A stretch of 64,000 nucleotides of DNA from an uncultured Acidobacteriota bacterium (GTDB lineage Bacteria; Acidobacteriota; Thermoanaerobaculia; Gp7-AA8): contig CAVUKB010000007.1 of the NCBI GenBank assembly GCA_963741955.1, positions 1,235,628-1,299,627 of the forward strand. Reading direction: 5' to 3'. The position numbers were made by a program, and so were the translations under genes. Below the pieces are notes generated by a model that did not search any database, had not been told where the DNA came from, and saw only the letters and a list, made by a program, of their open reading frames with translations. This document shows positions 32,330-42,984 of this stretch, piece by piece (the stretch's first letter is position 1; every line of letters starts with the position of its first letter).

Positions 32330-33535
32330 TCACCGAAGAGGAGCGGGGTCACGTATCCAGTCGAGCAGTTGTCTTGCCGAGACGACCCGCACTTCGGGGC
32401 GGCTCAGTGCATCGTCGACGATCCGGAGCAGTGCCTCGCGGCGCTGCTCCGCAGTGGTGGGAAGTGTCTCCGGATACTGTTCCGAGTAGAGGTCGCTGTG
32501 GGCGCCGAACGTCAGAGGGGCGCGGTTGCCGTGGAGGCGCTGGTCGAGCGTGTATCGGAACGTCGCGACGACTTCCTCCGGCTTCATCCCGAACTCGACC
32601 CACAGGTTCCAGTCGAATCCGGTGATCTTTCCGTCCGCTGGATTGAAGTAGTCGCGAACGGCATGGAGGCGGTCGCGGAGACCCGGTTCGACGCCGTAGC
32701 GCGCGCACTCGGCATCCGGAGGGACGATCAGCGCGTAGACGGGAATCTCCCACAGCACGTCCTCGCGGGACGAACGCCCGCCGTACGACGGGTCGATCGC
32801 GTAAGGCCAGTAGAAGTTCTGCGCGTCGAACTGCGGGTCGAATCCTTCCTCGATGCTGCAGTCGTAAGAGATGCCGGCATCGCGAAGAGCGGGGAAGAGC
32901 GGCTTGCCATGTTCGAGATACGGGGTGCGGAATCCGACGATCTCCGCGACGTCGAGTCCGAGTCCGCTGGCGGGGTCGGATTCCGGTCCGGTGGTCAGCC
33001 AGCGCCGGCACGTCTCGATCTCGTTTCGCCACGCCGCTGTGGAAAGCTCTGCCCCGTGGGGATGCGTATGGGTGTGGAGAGCGATCTCGTGGCCCGCGTC
33101 CGCCATCGCGCGCCACGCCGCGCGGACGAATCGCGGCGAGTCGATGTCGGGAGCGGCGATGTAGCGGGTGACGACGTAGAGAGAAGTCCGGGCCGGGGCG
33201 CCGTCGAACGTCCGTGCACGCCCCTGGCCTTCGGGGTTCTTCTTTCCGGCGAAGAGCTCCTGCACGAACCGGATTCCCCCGGTCGTTCCCGAACCTTCGG
33301 CTCCGGAGATGGAGTTGTCGTCGAAGCCGAACTGGACGAACTGCGGCACGCGCTCCGGCGAGAGTCCGGCGGGCGGGAGCTGTGACGCGGATCCACCGCT
33401 CGGGTGGGCCGCAACCGCCGGCTGCGCCGGAGATCCGGGTCGCGGGGCCGCGGAGCAGGCTGCGAAAAGGAGGCCGATGGCGAGCGCGCCGGCGGCAGAT
33501 CCGAAGAAAGGATGACTCTTGCTCATTGTGGCCAT
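32330..33535 (-). CDS. Polysaccharide deacetylase (CE4/NodB-like) lipoprotein
   Basis: Lipobox FAAC; FGFDDN, HEIALHTHTH, GFRTPYL and YDCSI motifs. Confidence 0.85.
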   Translation of the reverse strand: MATMSKSHPFFGSAAGALAIGLLFAACSAAPRPGSPAQPAVAAHPSGGSASQLPPAGLSPERVPQFVQFGFDDNSISGAEGSGTTGGIRFVQELFAGKKNPEGQGRARTFDGAPARTSLYVVTRYIAAPDIDSPRFVRAAWRAMADAGHEIALHTHTHPHGAELSTAAWRNEIETCRRWLTTGPESDPASGLGLDVAEIVGFRTPYLEHGKPLFPALRDAGISYDCSIEEGFDPQFDAQNFYWPYAIDPSYGGRSSREDVLWEIPVYALIVPPDAECARYGVEPGLRDRLHAVRDYFNPADGKITGFDWNLWVEFGMKPEEVVATFRYTLDQRLHGNRAPLTFGAHSDLYSEQYPETLPTTAEQRREALLRIVDDALSRPEVRVVSARQLLDWIRDPAPLR

Positions 33536-33544
33536 ATCATATGA

Positions 33545-33558
33545 CTAAATCGTTTAAG
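33545..33558. promoter_or_regulatory. LacI-family operator, copy 1
   Basis: CTAAATCGTTTAAG (reverse complement CTTAAACGATTTAG) in the 31-bp gap between two divergent deacetylase genes. Confidence 0.75.
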
Positions 33559-33566
33559 GAGCCAGG

Positions 33567-34802
33567 ATGAATCGAGTTCATATCGCTCTGGTCCTCCTCG
33601 TTCTCCCCGGGCTGATCCTCTCCTGCCGGACCGCGCCCGGAGCTGCCGGAGCGGCTGCCGCGCCGGTGGCTGCCGGCGCGATTCAGGCGACAGCCGGCGA
33701 TAGCGAAGCCCTGACCCGCTATCCCGCGCTTCTGGTGATCGCACCTCATCCCGACGACGAGTCTCTCGGATTCGCCGGTCTGGTCGACGCGTATCGAAGT
33801 GCGGGGAAGCCGGTTCGAGTGATCGTGGTCACGGACGGTGATGCGTACTGCGAAGCGTGCCGTTTCTGGAAGTCGAGCTCCGTCAACGGCCCGACCTGCG
33901 ACGCCGCGGACCTCTCGAATTTCGCAACGCCGGAAGTGGACTCCTTTGCCGAGGTGCGGCGCGCCGAGAGTGCGAAAGCGGCCGGGATCCTCGGCCTTCC
34001 TCCTCCTCTTTTCCTCGGGTATCCCGACACGGGCCTCGGCGCCGCCTGGACGAACTTTCAGGAGGGCGACGTTTCGAAGCCGCTGCGCCGCTCCGACTTC
34101 TCGCACTGCGAATCATGCGAGAGTTGTGCGGGAGGGTACGGAGAAGGGCCGGAGACGGAGCTGAGCGCGGAGACGCTGCTCCGAAGTCTGCGCGAGGAGA
34201 TCGCGTCGATGCCGGACGGGGCGCTCATTGCGACGACGCACCGGCTCGACGGACATCCGGATCACGCGGCGCTGGGAAGCTTCGTCGCGATGCTCGACCA
34301 AGAGCCGGGGGCGAGGTTCGCTCCGCATCCGGTCGCATACGCTGTGATCCACGCGCACACCGCCGGACCGAGTGCGCAGCCCGACTGCTGGTATCCCGCT
34401 CCGACCGCACCGGTGTGTCCCTGCATGGATCAGGCGCGGGCGCTCGCGGATCCGAAATGGATCGATCGTCTCGCCGCGCAGCGATTCCTTCCCGACTCTC
34501 CCGCGGCGCTGCCGGACGACGCTCCGTACGGCGAGGCGAAACAGCTGCGCCTTCCGGAACGGATGTACCGAGGCGCCGACGCGATCAAGCTGAAGGCGGT
34601 CGCGTCGTACGCGTCGCAACTCGGCCGTCGTGCGAGAGAAGGTGATCACCCCGCAGCGCTGAACGGAATCCTCGACTGCAGCGGCTATCTGATGGCGTTC
34701 GTGCGGAGCACGGAGGCATTCGTTCTGATCGAGCCGGGAGCCGCATCCAAACCCGAGGCCGGTCACGCCGCCACTCCAGCGGGGGGTTCGGATGCGGAGT
34801 GA
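33567..34802 (+). CDS. PIG-L/LmbE family N-deacetylase, Cys-rich lipoprotein
   Basis: APHPDDE, VTDGD, RRAES, LGYPD and DGHPDH motifs; lipobox ILSC. Confidence 0.88.
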   Translation: MNRVHIALVLLVLPGLILSCRTAPGAAGAAAAPVAAGAIQATAGDSEALTRYPALLVIAPHPDDESLGFAGLVDAYRSAGKPVRVIVVTDGDAYCEACRFWKSSSVNGPTCDAADLSNFATPEVDSFAEVRRAESAKAAGILGLPPPLFLGYPDTGLGAAWTNFQEGDVSKPLRRSDFSHCESCESCAGGYGEGPETELSAETLLRSLREEIASMPDGALIATTHRLDGHPDHAALGSFVAMLDQEPGARFAPHPVAYAVIHAHTAGPSAQPDCWYPAPTAPVCPCMDQARALADPKWIDRLAAQRFLPDSPAALPDDAPYGEAKQLRLPERMYRGADAIKLKAVASYASQLGRRAREGDHPAALNGILDCSGYLMAFVRSTEAFVLIEPGAASKPEAGHAATPAGGSDAE

Positions 34803-34842
34803 CCGCGCTTCCGGTCCGGTCGCAGTCCGGACCGGCACGTGG

Positions 34843-35814
34843 CTACTGCGACCACCAGGTGGGCTGCCGGTCCCACCGGTGAGCGCGAAGTGCGGCCATG
34901 ACTCCGGAACTCAGCGGACCGGAGTCGCTGGCGGCGATGTTCGCCTCGACGTGCGAGCGTTTTCGCATCCCGGGTATCGCCGTGGTCACGGCCGGATGGG
35001 AAAGGATGAAACGGAGCGCGAGCTCCGGCATGGTCATTCCTTCGGGGACCAGTGGTTTGAGTCGTTCGACGTGCTCGACCGTCGCCGAGAGATTCTCGGG
35101 AACGAAGTACGTGTTGCGCCAGTCTCCTTCCGGCCAGACCGAGTCCGCCGTGAGGCTTCCGGTCAGCGAGCCTTCGTCGAACGGAACCCTCGCGATCACC
35201 GCGACATTCATCTCGGCAGTGGCGGGGAAGAGCTCATCCTCGGGGGACTGGTCGAAGATGTTGTAGATCACCTGAACTGCATCGATCGCGCCGCTGCGGA
35301 CCGCGCGAACACCGTTCCACGCCTCCCATCGATTGATGCTGATGCCGACGCCTCCGATCAACTTCTGCCGTCGCAGCTCGTCCACGGCTCGATGCCATCG
35401 ATCGTCGTCGAGCCAGTCGTCTTCCCAGACGTGAAACTGCAGCAGATCGAATTCGTCGAGCCCGGAGCACTCCAGGCTTCGATGCAGGGATCGCTCGATG
35501 TGATCGGGAGGGAAGACCTCGTCGAGCGGGACTCCGCGGCGGCTCGGCCACTCGTCGTTGAGTGGAGGGATCTTCGTTGCGGTATGGAGGCGACGTTCGG
35601 GATGACGTCGTACGAGCTCTCCGAGCAGCCGGTCACTGTGGCCGTCGCCATAGGCGAGCGCGCTGTCGAAGAAGTTGCATCCGAGCTCCACGGCGCGGTC
35701 GAGAGAGGCGAGGGATTCGGTGTCGTCGGAACCGGTCCACTCTCCCATTCCCCACATGCCGGCGCCGATCTCGCTCACTTCCCATCCGAGGCGGCCGAAG
35801 GCGCGGTATCGCAT
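34843..35814 (-). CDS. Aldo/keto reductase
   Basis: MRYRAFGRLGWEVSEIG, FFDSALAYGDGHSD, QVIYNIFDQ and LSHPAVTTAIPG. Confidence 0.92.
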   Translation of the reverse strand: MRYRAFGRLGWEVSEIGAGMWGMGEWTGSDDTESLASLDRAVELGCNFFDSALAYGDGHSDRLLGELVRRHPERRLHTATKIPPLNDEWPSRRGVPLDEVFPPDHIERSLHRSLECSGLDEFDLLQFHVWEDDWLDDDRWHRAVDELRRQKLIGGVGISINRWEAWNGVRAVRSGAIDAVQVIYNIFDQSPEDELFPATAEMNVAVIARVPFDEGSLTGSLTADSVWPEGDWRNTYFVPENLSATVEHVERLKPLVPEGMTMPELALRFILSHPAVTTAIPGMRKRSHVEANIAASDSGPLSSGVMAALRAHRWDRQPTWWSQ

Positions 35815-35927
35815 GAGAGAGATTGTAGTGCGTTCGGAGCGCCGAGTGAATTGGTGAACGTCCGAAAACAAATCAGAGCAGTTCCCGCGGCGGCGGGGAG
35901 AGAGCTCGAGGCCGAACGGAGAACATC

Positions 35928-36878
35928 GTGAATCGATACAGAGTCGTACCTTCGATCCTCTTCCTCGCCACCCTGGCGCTGCCCTCCTTCGCGCAGCCGG
36001 CGAAGACGGTGCAGGAGAGACTCGGATATCCGGCGACGGCGCGTCTGCTGATCATCCATGCCGACGACCTCGGGATGGCGCACTCGGTGAATCGGGCGAC
36101 GTTCGAAGCGCTGGAGAATGGGTGGATCACGTCCGCGAGCATCATGGTTCCGACTCCGTGGTTCGCCGAAGCGGCGCGATGGGCTCGTGCGCATCCGGAT
36201 GCCGATCTCGGAATTCATCTGACTCTCAACTCCGAGTGGGCCGATTACCGCTGGGGTCCGGTTGCCCTGCGGGGCGAGGTCGGATCGCTGCTCGACGGCG
36301 ACGGATACTTTGAGGTGGTGGAAGAGCCGGTGGTCGAAAAGGCGCGGCCGGAAGAAGTCGAGCGTGAGCTGCGGGCGCAGGTCGACAAGGCTCGCGCGGC
36401 GGGAGTGAGGATCTCTCATCTCGATTCCCACATGGCAACCCTGTTCCGTTCGGAACCTCTGTTCGAGGTTTACCAGCGGCTCGGAAGGAGCTACGGCATT
36501 CCCCTTCTCATCGAGCGCCAGGGCGCGCGTGGGGGAGCGGAGTCGGAATCGGCGAAGGCGAAAGACGGTGCACTCGTGGACCGGGTGGTGTCGATTCAAC
36601 CCGGAGTGCCGATCTCGGAGTGGCCCGCAGCGTACGAGGCGATCCTCTCTCGACTGCCGCCCGGCGTGTACCAGCTGATCGTTCATCTCGCGTACTCGGA
36701 TCCCGAGATCCGAGGCGCGACTCGGGATCATCCCGACTGGGGAGCGGCCTGGAGGCAGGCGGATCTCGATCTCGTACGCAGCGACGGGTTTCGGCGGTTC
36801 CTGAAGGATCAGGGGTTCGTGCTGATCGGCTGGAGTGATCTCTCCCGCGCGCTCGGCACGCCTTACGACCGCCATTGA
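35928..36878 (+). CDS. YdjC/ChbG-family carbohydrate deacetylase, exported
   Basis: IIHADDLGM, GIHLTLNSEW and HLDSHM motifs; signal peptide. Confidence 0.88.
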   Translation: MNRYRVVPSILFLATLALPSFAQPAKTVQERLGYPATARLLIIHADDLGMAHSVNRATFEALENGWITSASIMVPTPWFAEAARWARAHPDADLGIHLTLNSEWADYRWGPVALRGEVGSLLDGDGYFEVVEEPVVEKARPEEVERELRAQVDKARAAGVRISHLDSHMATLFRSEPLFEVYQRLGRSYGIPLLIERQGARGGAESESAKAKDGALVDRVVSIQPGVPISEWPAAYEAILSRLPPGVYQLIVHLAYSDPEIRGATRDHPDWGAAWRQADLDLVRSDGFRRFLKDQGFVLIGWSDLSRALGTPYDRH

Positions 36879-36913
36879 GAGACATCGTCAGACACGGGTG
36901 CGGAGGAAGAGAC

Positions 36914-37834
36914 ATGACGACTCACGACGCGACTCTTGGGGCGGAGCTCGGCGGACCCGAGCTCCGGGGAGCCTCGAGCGAGGCGATCATCGGAGTGGAT
37001 CTCGGAGGAACGCGGGTCCGCGCCGGAAGAGTGAGGGATGGGAAGATCGAATGCAGTGTCTCCCACCGGATCTCCGGTGCGGAGGCGGTGGACGTCGTCC
37101 TCGGCGAGATTTTCGAAGCGATCGACGAAGTCGCCGACGGAAGTTGTGCCGGAATCGGATGCGGCGTCCCGAGCGTGGTCGACGTCGCGCACGGCATCGT
37201 CTATGCCGTCGAGAACATCCCCTCGTGGCAGGAAGTCCCGTTTCAGGACGAGCTGGAGCGGCGATATCTGGTCCCGGCGCGCATCAACAACGACGCGAAT
37301 GCATTCGCGGTCGGCGAGCTCTATTTCGGCCAGGGGCGTGGGCATCGCAATCTGGTGGGAATTACCATCGGAACCGGACTCGGTTCCGGGGTGGTGATCG
37401 ACGGCCATCTCTACAGCGGAACGAACTGCGGCGCGGGAGAGATCGGGAACATTCCCTATCGCGACGGCACGCTCGAGAGCTTCTGTTCCGGAGCATTTCT
37501 CAGGCGCGAGAGCGGGATGGACGGAGAGGCGGTGTTCGCCCGTGCACGGGACGGAGATCCGGCCGCGCTCGAGCTCTTTCGTTCACTGGGGGGTGCGGTC
37601 GGCGATGCCGTGATGATCGCACTCTACGCGTACGACCCGGAGATCGTGATTCTGGGAGGATCGGTGAGTCGCGGCTATGCCTTCTTCGAAAAGGAGATGC
37701 GCCAGCGCCTGAGGGGTTATGCTTTCGCCCATGCGCTGGGGCGGCTGCACATCGTCCGTAGTGAGATCGAAGACGTCGCACTCCTCGGGGCGGCAGCGAT
37801 CTATCTCGATTCACATTTGACTAAAACGATTTAG
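36914..37834 (+). CDS. ROK family sugar kinase
   Basis: GVDLGGT, NNDAN, IGTGLGSG and GAGEIG; no HTH. Confidence 0.9.
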   Translation: MTTHDATLGAELGGPELRGASSEAIIGVDLGGTRVRAGRVRDGKIECSVSHRISGAEAVDVVLGEIFEAIDEVADGSCAGIGCGVPSVVDVAHGIVYAVENIPSWQEVPFQDELERRYLVPARINNDANAFAVGELYFGQGRGHRNLVGITIGTGLGSGVVIDGHLYSGTNCGAGEIGNIPYRDGTLESFCSGAFLRRESGMDGEAVFARARDGDPAALELFRSLGGAVGDAVMIALYAYDPEIVILGGSVSRGYAFFEKEMRQRLRGYAFAHALGRLHIVRSEIEDVALLGAAAIYLDSHLTKTI

Positions 37835-37845
37835 CTGAGTAGGAT
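37817..37845 (+). promoter_or_regulatory. Sigma70 promoter with overlapping LacI operator (copy 2)
   Basis: TTGACT (37817-22), 17-nt spacer, TAGGAT (37840-45); operator CTAAAACGATTTAG at 37821-37834. Confidence 0.8.
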
Positions 37846-37904
37846 GCCGGAAGATTTTCATCGGCAGAAATTCATCCGGAGCGGGACCGGCAGGAGGAGT
37901 CGCA

Positions 37905-39020
37905 GTGACGGCTGGCGGTGCGAAAGCGGCACGTAAGGGGAGGGAGAAGAAGGGGCATTCCAGGCTTCCGACTCTCAAGGACGTCGCGCTTCATCTCGGG
38001 CTCTCGCCCGCGACGATCTCGCTGGTTCTGAACCAGTCTCCTGCCGCGGAGGCGATTCCGAAGGAGACGCAGGAGCGGGTCTTCGAGGCCGCGCGCGCGC
38101 TCGGATACCGGCCGAACTATCTGGCCCGGTCGCTGCGCAGCCGGCGGAGCCATTCGATCGGAGTGCTGGTCCCGGAGATCAGCGATCCGTACGCTTCGGA
38201 GATCGTGAGCGGAATCGAGAGTCATCTGCTGGGCGAGGGCTACCACTATCTGGTCACCAGTCACCGGCGCTCGACACCGGAGATCCTGGAACAGGATCTG
38301 GAACTCTTTGCGCACCGCGCAATCGACGGGATGATCCTCGTCGCGACGGAGCTGCAGCGGGCACCGGGATTTCCGGCGGTGGTGATCTCCGGTCACCGGC
38401 GTCTGAAGGGCGTGTCGAACGTCGTGATCGACCACGATCGGGCGGCGCACCTCGCGCTCTCGCATCTGATGGAGCTCGGGCATCGCCGCATCGCATTCTT
38501 CAAGGGACAGCCGGGAAGCTCCGACACCGAGGACCGCTCGCGGGCGATCGTGGAAGCGGCGGCCGCGCTCGGACTCGAGATCCGGCCCGAGCTGGTCCTG
38601 CAGCTCAGCGGAGAGGAGTCGGACGAAGTCTTCTCACCGGAAGATCCATTTCAGGAAGGGTACGCGTTCGGCCGCAAGCTGCTCGAGCGGAAGGTTCCCT
38701 TCACCGCGCTCTTCGCGTTCGACGACGCTTCGGCCATCGCTGCGGGGCGGGCATTCCTCGACGCCGGCCTCCGCGTTCCGGAAGACGTCTCCGTGGTCGG
38801 GTTCGACGACATTCAGTGCGCTGCGTTCCACAATCCCAGACTGACTACTGTGCGACAACCGCTGCGGGAGATGGGGCAGACCGCGGCACGCGTCCTCCTC
38901 GAACGCCTGACCGGCCAGGAGCGGGCCGACGATGCTTTCGTCGTGCTCGAACCGCAACTGATCGTCCGCGACTCCACCGGCCCGGTGCGACGGGAGGCGA
39001 AACGAAAAAAACGAGGATGA
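37905..39020 (+). CDS. LacI family transcriptional repressor
   Basis: TLKDVALHLGLSPATISLVLN HTH; YRPNYLARSL hinge; VPEDVSVVGFDDI and LTTVRQP. Confidence 0.96.
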   Translation: MTAGGAKAARKGREKKGHSRLPTLKDVALHLGLSPATISLVLNQSPAAEAIPKETQERVFEAARALGYRPNYLARSLRSRRSHSIGVLVPEISDPYASEIVSGIESHLLGEGYHYLVTSHRRSTPEILEQDLELFAHRAIDGMILVATELQRAPGFPAVVISGHRRLKGVSNVVIDHDRAAHLALSHLMELGHRRIAFFKGQPGSSDTEDRSRAIVEAAAALGLEIRPELVLQLSGEESDEVFSPEDPFQEGYAFGRKLLERKVPFTALFAFDDASAIAAGRAFLDAGLRVPEDVSVVGFDDIQCAAFHNPRLTTVRQPLREMGQTAARVLLERLTGQERADDAFVVLEPQLIVRDSTGPVRREAKRKKRG

Positions 39021-39024
39021 CGCA

Positions 39025-41655
39025 ATGCGAAGCAGTGCTCACTCTACCGCTCCATGGATCGTCTTCGCTCTGGCATTGTTCACCGGGTGCGCACACTGGA
39101 CGCCACCTCCCGCTCCCGGACCCATCCCTCTCGAACAGAACTGGCGGATTCAGTCCTCTGCGGCAGCTCCCGCAGAGGGAAGGGAGATCTCTTCCACCGG
39201 CTTCGACGCGTCGAGCTGGATTCCCGCGTCCGTACCATCCACCGTGTTCGCCGCCCAGCTCCGGAACGGCGACGTTCCCGACCCGTTCGAGGGGAGGAAT
39301 CTCGAGACCCTCCCCTCCGAGCCTTACGAGGTTCCCTGGTGGTACAGGAGCGAGTTCTCTCTGGAGGGAAGACCGGCGGACGGACGGCTGATCTTCGAAG
39401 GGATCAACTATCGGGCCGAAGTCTGGCTGAATGGGCGGAAGGTGGCCGGCCCGGACTCGGTGTACGGCGCATTCCGCGTATTCGACCTCGACGTCACGCG
39501 TCATCTCCGCGCGGGGAGGAACGTTCTCGCGGTGAAGGTCTTTCCTCCGCAACCGGGTGATCCGACCATCGGCTTCGTGGACTGGAACCCCGAATCGCCG
39601 GACAACTATCTCGGCATCTGGCGTCCGGTGACTCTGAAGACGACCGGCGCCGCGTCGCTCGACGCCGTCTGGGTTCGAGGTGACGTCGATCCTCGAAACC
39701 TCGAGAAGGGTCAGGTCTCCATTGGAGGAAAGCTGGTCAACCACACCTCACGGCGGCTGATGGTCACGGTGAGAGGGCGAATCGGTCCGGATCGGAAGAT
39801 CACGTTCGAGCGATCGGTCTCACTGAAACCGCGCGAGGCGCGCGATCTCGTCTTCGCTCCGGATGAAATTCCGCAGCTGGCCATCGCGTCACCCCGCCTA
39901 TGGTGGCCGAACAACCTCGGGGACCCGAATCTCTATTCGCTGCAGGTCGAAACCCTGACCGGCGACGGGATCTCCGACCGGTTCGAGACGCAGTTCGGAA
40001 TCCGGCACGTCGAGGACTACATCAACGCGGAGGGGTACCGCGGTTACAGGATCAACGGCCGCCCCCTCCTCCTGCGCGGCGGCGGATGGGCCGACGATGT
40101 CCTCCTGAGAGAAGACCCTCAGCGTCTCGAGGATCAGATCCGTTACGTGCGGCACATGAACCTGAACACCGTCCGGCTGGAAGGCTTCTGGGGAAACACC
40201 CAGCGTCTCTTCGATCTCACCGATCGCTACGGAATCATGGTCTGGGCCGGCTGGAGCTGTCAGTGGGAGTGGGAGGACTATCTCGGCCAGCCGGTGGACG
40301 AGAAGTTCGGCGGGATCGACACCGCCGAGGAGATCGATCTGATCACCCATTCGCTGCGCGATCAGGTGGTCAGACTCCGCAACCATCCCAGCGTGATTCT
40401 CTGGGTCCTGGGGAGCGACATGCTTCCCCGTCCGGAGCTCGAACGGCGCTATCTCGACGACCTCGCGCGGATCGACCCGACGCGGCCTTCGCTCAGCGCC
40501 TGCTCGGTTCGAACCAGCGAAGTGACCGGACCGAGCGGGGTGAAGATGGAGGGGCCGTACGAGTGGGTTCCGCCGAACTACTGGTTCGACGAGAAGGCAC
40601 CCGGAGGAGCGTTCGGTCTCAACACCGAGACTGGCCCCGGTGCGCAGCCGCCGGTGGCGGAGAGCCTTCGGCGGATGCTTCCAAAAGAGAGCTGGTGGCC
40701 GATCGACGAGATGTGGGCCTACCACTCGGCGCGACACGAGTTCAAGAATCTCGATCGCTACGTCGCGGCGATGAACGCGCGCTATGGGCCGGCGAAGGAT
40801 CTCGACGACTTCGCGCTCCGGGCTCAGATGGTGAACTACGAAGCGATGCGCGCGATGTTCGAATCGTTCTCGCTGCGCCGCCCGGTCGCGACCGGCATCA
40901 TCCAGTGGATGATGAACTCCGCCTGGCCGGAGATGTACTGGCAGTTCTACGACTACTACCTCGTGCCGACCGGCGCGTTCTATGCGGCGCGCGATGCGAG
41001 CCGCCCCGTTCACATCGCGTACGATCACGGCACGGGGAAGCTGGTCGGGATCAACGACACGAACCAGCCCCTCGACGCGACTGCCCGGGTGCGCGTCTAC
41101 GATGCGAGCTCGCAGCCATTGCTCGACCAGCGCGTGCCGCTCGTTCTCGCACCAGGCGAGCGACGGGCCGCTTTCGAGCTCCCGGCGGAGCTCTCGGGAG
41201 CGTTCCGGTTCGTCGACGCGAGAATCGAGGCGAACGACGGCACCCTCCTGGATCAGAACTTCTACTGGCTTCCGGCCAAACCCGACGTTCTCGATTGGGG
41301 AAAGGGTGAGTGGTTCTACACGCCGGTCAAAGAATTCGCCGATCTGACGGCGGTGAACCGGCTGCCGCCGGTGACGCTCGCAGTCGATCATCACTTCACG
41401 CGAACCGCGGATGGAACGGCGGTCGACGTGACTCTCGACAATCCGACCCCGAACATCGCGTTCTTCGTCGAGCTTTCGGTGGCGGGTGAGAAGACGGGAG
41501 CTCTCGCCGCGCCGGTGTTCTGGGATTCCAACTACGTCACTCTCGTTCCCGGAGAGAGCCGCAAACTGCACGCGACGTTCCCTTCACATGCGCTCCAGGG
41601 TGAGGAGCCGGTGCTGCACGTCCGCGGAATGAATGTCGGAGGAGCCGCACAATGA
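39025..41655 (+). CDS. GH2 exo-beta-D-glucosaminidase-like (CsxA-type) lipoprotein
   Basis: LRGGGW, NTVRLEG, NHPSVILWVLGSD (Asp acid/base context as in CsxA), KMEGPYEWVPPNYW and NTETGPG; lipobox FTGC. Confidence 0.85.
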   Translation: MRSSAHSTAPWIVFALALFTGCAHWTPPPAPGPIPLEQNWRIQSSAAAPAEGREISSTGFDASSWIPASVPSTVFAAQLRNGDVPDPFEGRNLETLPSEPYEVPWWYRSEFSLEGRPADGRLIFEGINYRAEVWLNGRKVAGPDSVYGAFRVFDLDVTRHLRAGRNVLAVKVFPPQPGDPTIGFVDWNPESPDNYLGIWRPVTLKTTGAASLDAVWVRGDVDPRNLEKGQVSIGGKLVNHTSRRLMVTVRGRIGPDRKITFERSVSLKPREARDLVFAPDEIPQLAIASPRLWWPNNLGDPNLYSLQVETLTGDGISDRFETQFGIRHVEDYINAEGYRGYRINGRPLLLRGGGWADDVLLREDPQRLEDQIRYVRHMNLNTVRLEGFWGNTQRLFDLTDRYGIMVWAGWSCQWEWEDYLGQPVDEKFGGIDTAEEIDLITHSLRDQVVRLRNHPSVILWVLGSDMLPRPELERRYLDDLARIDPTRPSLSACSVRTSEVTGPSGVKMEGPYEWVPPNYWFDEKAPGGAFGLNTETGPGAQPPVAESLRRMLPKESWWPIDEMWAYHSARHEFKNLDRYVAAMNARYGPAKDLDDFALRAQMVNYEAMRAMFESFSLRRPVATGIIQWMMNSAWPEMYWQFYDYYLVPTGAFYAARDASRPVHIAYDHGTGKLVGINDTNQPLDATARVRVYDASSQPLLDQRVPLVLAPGERRAAFELPAELSGAFRFVDARIEANDGTLLDQNFYWLPAKPDVLDWGKGEWFYTPVKEFADLTAVNRLPPVTLAVDHHFTRTADGTAVDVTLDNPTPNIAFFVELSVAGEKTGALAAPVFWDSNYVTLVPGESRKLHATFPSHALQGEEPVLHVRGMNVGGAAQ

Positions 41656-42974
41656 GCCGACGCCACCCCTGGATCGTCCTGCTGGTCTTTCTGATCTTCT
41701 TCGTCATTTCCTTTCTGACCAACATTCTCGGACCGCTGATCCCCGACATCATCAGCGGATTCCACCTCAGTCTCGCTCTGGCGGGATTCCTTCCGTTCGC
41801 GTTCTTCATCGCATACGGGGTGATGTCGATTCCGGCGGGGATGCTGCTGGAGCGCTTCCGCGAGAAGCCGGTGATGATCGCGGCGTTCGGAATCGCGTTC
41901 GCGGGCTCGCTTCTCTTCGCGTCCATGCCGACGTTTCAGGTCGCGCTGATCTCTCTCTTCATGATCGGGATCGGAATGACCATGCTGCAGGTGGCGATCA
42001 ACCCTCTCCTCCGCGTCTCCGGAGGGGAGGAGCACTTCGCCGCGAACGCGGTCGCGGCGCAGCTGGTGTTCGGGAGCGCGTCGTTCCTCAGCCCCTTCGT
42101 CTACTCGTATCTGGTGACCCATCTCCAGGCCCGGCCCGACGCGGCGGCCGCCACGCAAGGTCCGCTGCTGGGAACCCTCGCCCGGGTCGTTCCTCAGAAT
42201 CTCCCGTGGGTGTCGCTCTACTGGGTGTTCACCATCGTGACGGTTTTAATGGTCGTAGTCCTGGCGCTGATCCGAATGCCGCGCTACGAGCTCGCCGAGG
42301 ACGAGCGGATCGGTCCGTGGACGGCGCACAAGGACCTGCTCCGGAACCCGGCAGTGTTCTTCTATTTCATCGCGATCTTCTGTTACGTCGGTACCGAGCA
42401 GGGCGTAGCGAACTGGATCTCGAAATTCCTCGAGACCTACCACGGGTTCGACCCGCAGGTCGAAGGAGCGCATGCGGTGGCGATGTTCTGGGGGCTGATG
42501 ACCGTCGGTTGCGTACTCGGTCTGGTTCTCCTCAAGCTGTTCGATTCCCGCCGCGTGCTGATCGGGTTCGCGATCGCGGCACTCCTCACGCTGAGTGCGG
42601 CACTCTTCGGACCGGCGATGGTCGCCTACTACGGATTCATGATGGTGGGATTCTTCCTCTCGGTGATGTGGTCGGTGATCTTCTCGCTCGCCCTCAACTC
42701 CGCCGAACGGCATCACGGATCCTTCTCCGGAATTCTCTGTACCGCGATCATCGGAGGAGCGTTCGTTTCCCTGGCGGTCGGCTGGCTAGGCGACCGATTC
42801 GGGCTTCGCACCGGAATGCTGCTCATCTACGTGACGCTCGGATACATCCTGAGCATCGGCTTCTGGGCGAGACCGCTGATCGACAACGCCACCATGAGCT
42901 TCCGTGAGCTCACACTCGCGACGGGACGCGTACTCTCGCGCCTCTGGACGCCGCGGCCGACCACGCCGCAATGA
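41652..42974 (+). CDS. MFS sugar:H+ symporter (FucP/GluP-like)
   Basis: FFIAYGVMSIPAG, LQVAINP and YVGTEQG motifs; about 12 TM segments. Confidence 0.9.
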   Translation: MSRRHPWIVLLVFLIFFVISFLTNILGPLIPDIISGFHLSLALAGFLPFAFFIAYGVMSIPAGMLLERFREKPVMIAAFGIAFAGSLLFASMPTFQVALISLFMIGIGMTMLQVAINPLLRVSGGEEHFAANAVAAQLVFGSASFLSPFVYSYLVTHLQARPDAAAATQGPLLGTLARVVPQNLPWVSLYWVFTIVTVLMVVVLALIRMPRYELAEDERIGPWTAHKDLLRNPAVFFYFIAIFCYVGTEQGVANWISKFLETYHGFDPQVEGAHAVAMFWGLMTVGCVLGLVLLKLFDSRRVLIGFAIAALLTLSAALFGPAMVAYYGFMMVGFFLSVMWSVIFSLALNSAERHHGSFSGILCTAIIGGAFVSLAVGWLGDRFGLRTGMLLIYVTLGYILSIGFWARPLIDNATMSFRELTLATGRVLSRLWTPRPTTPQ

Positions 42975-42984
42975 GGAGATCATC

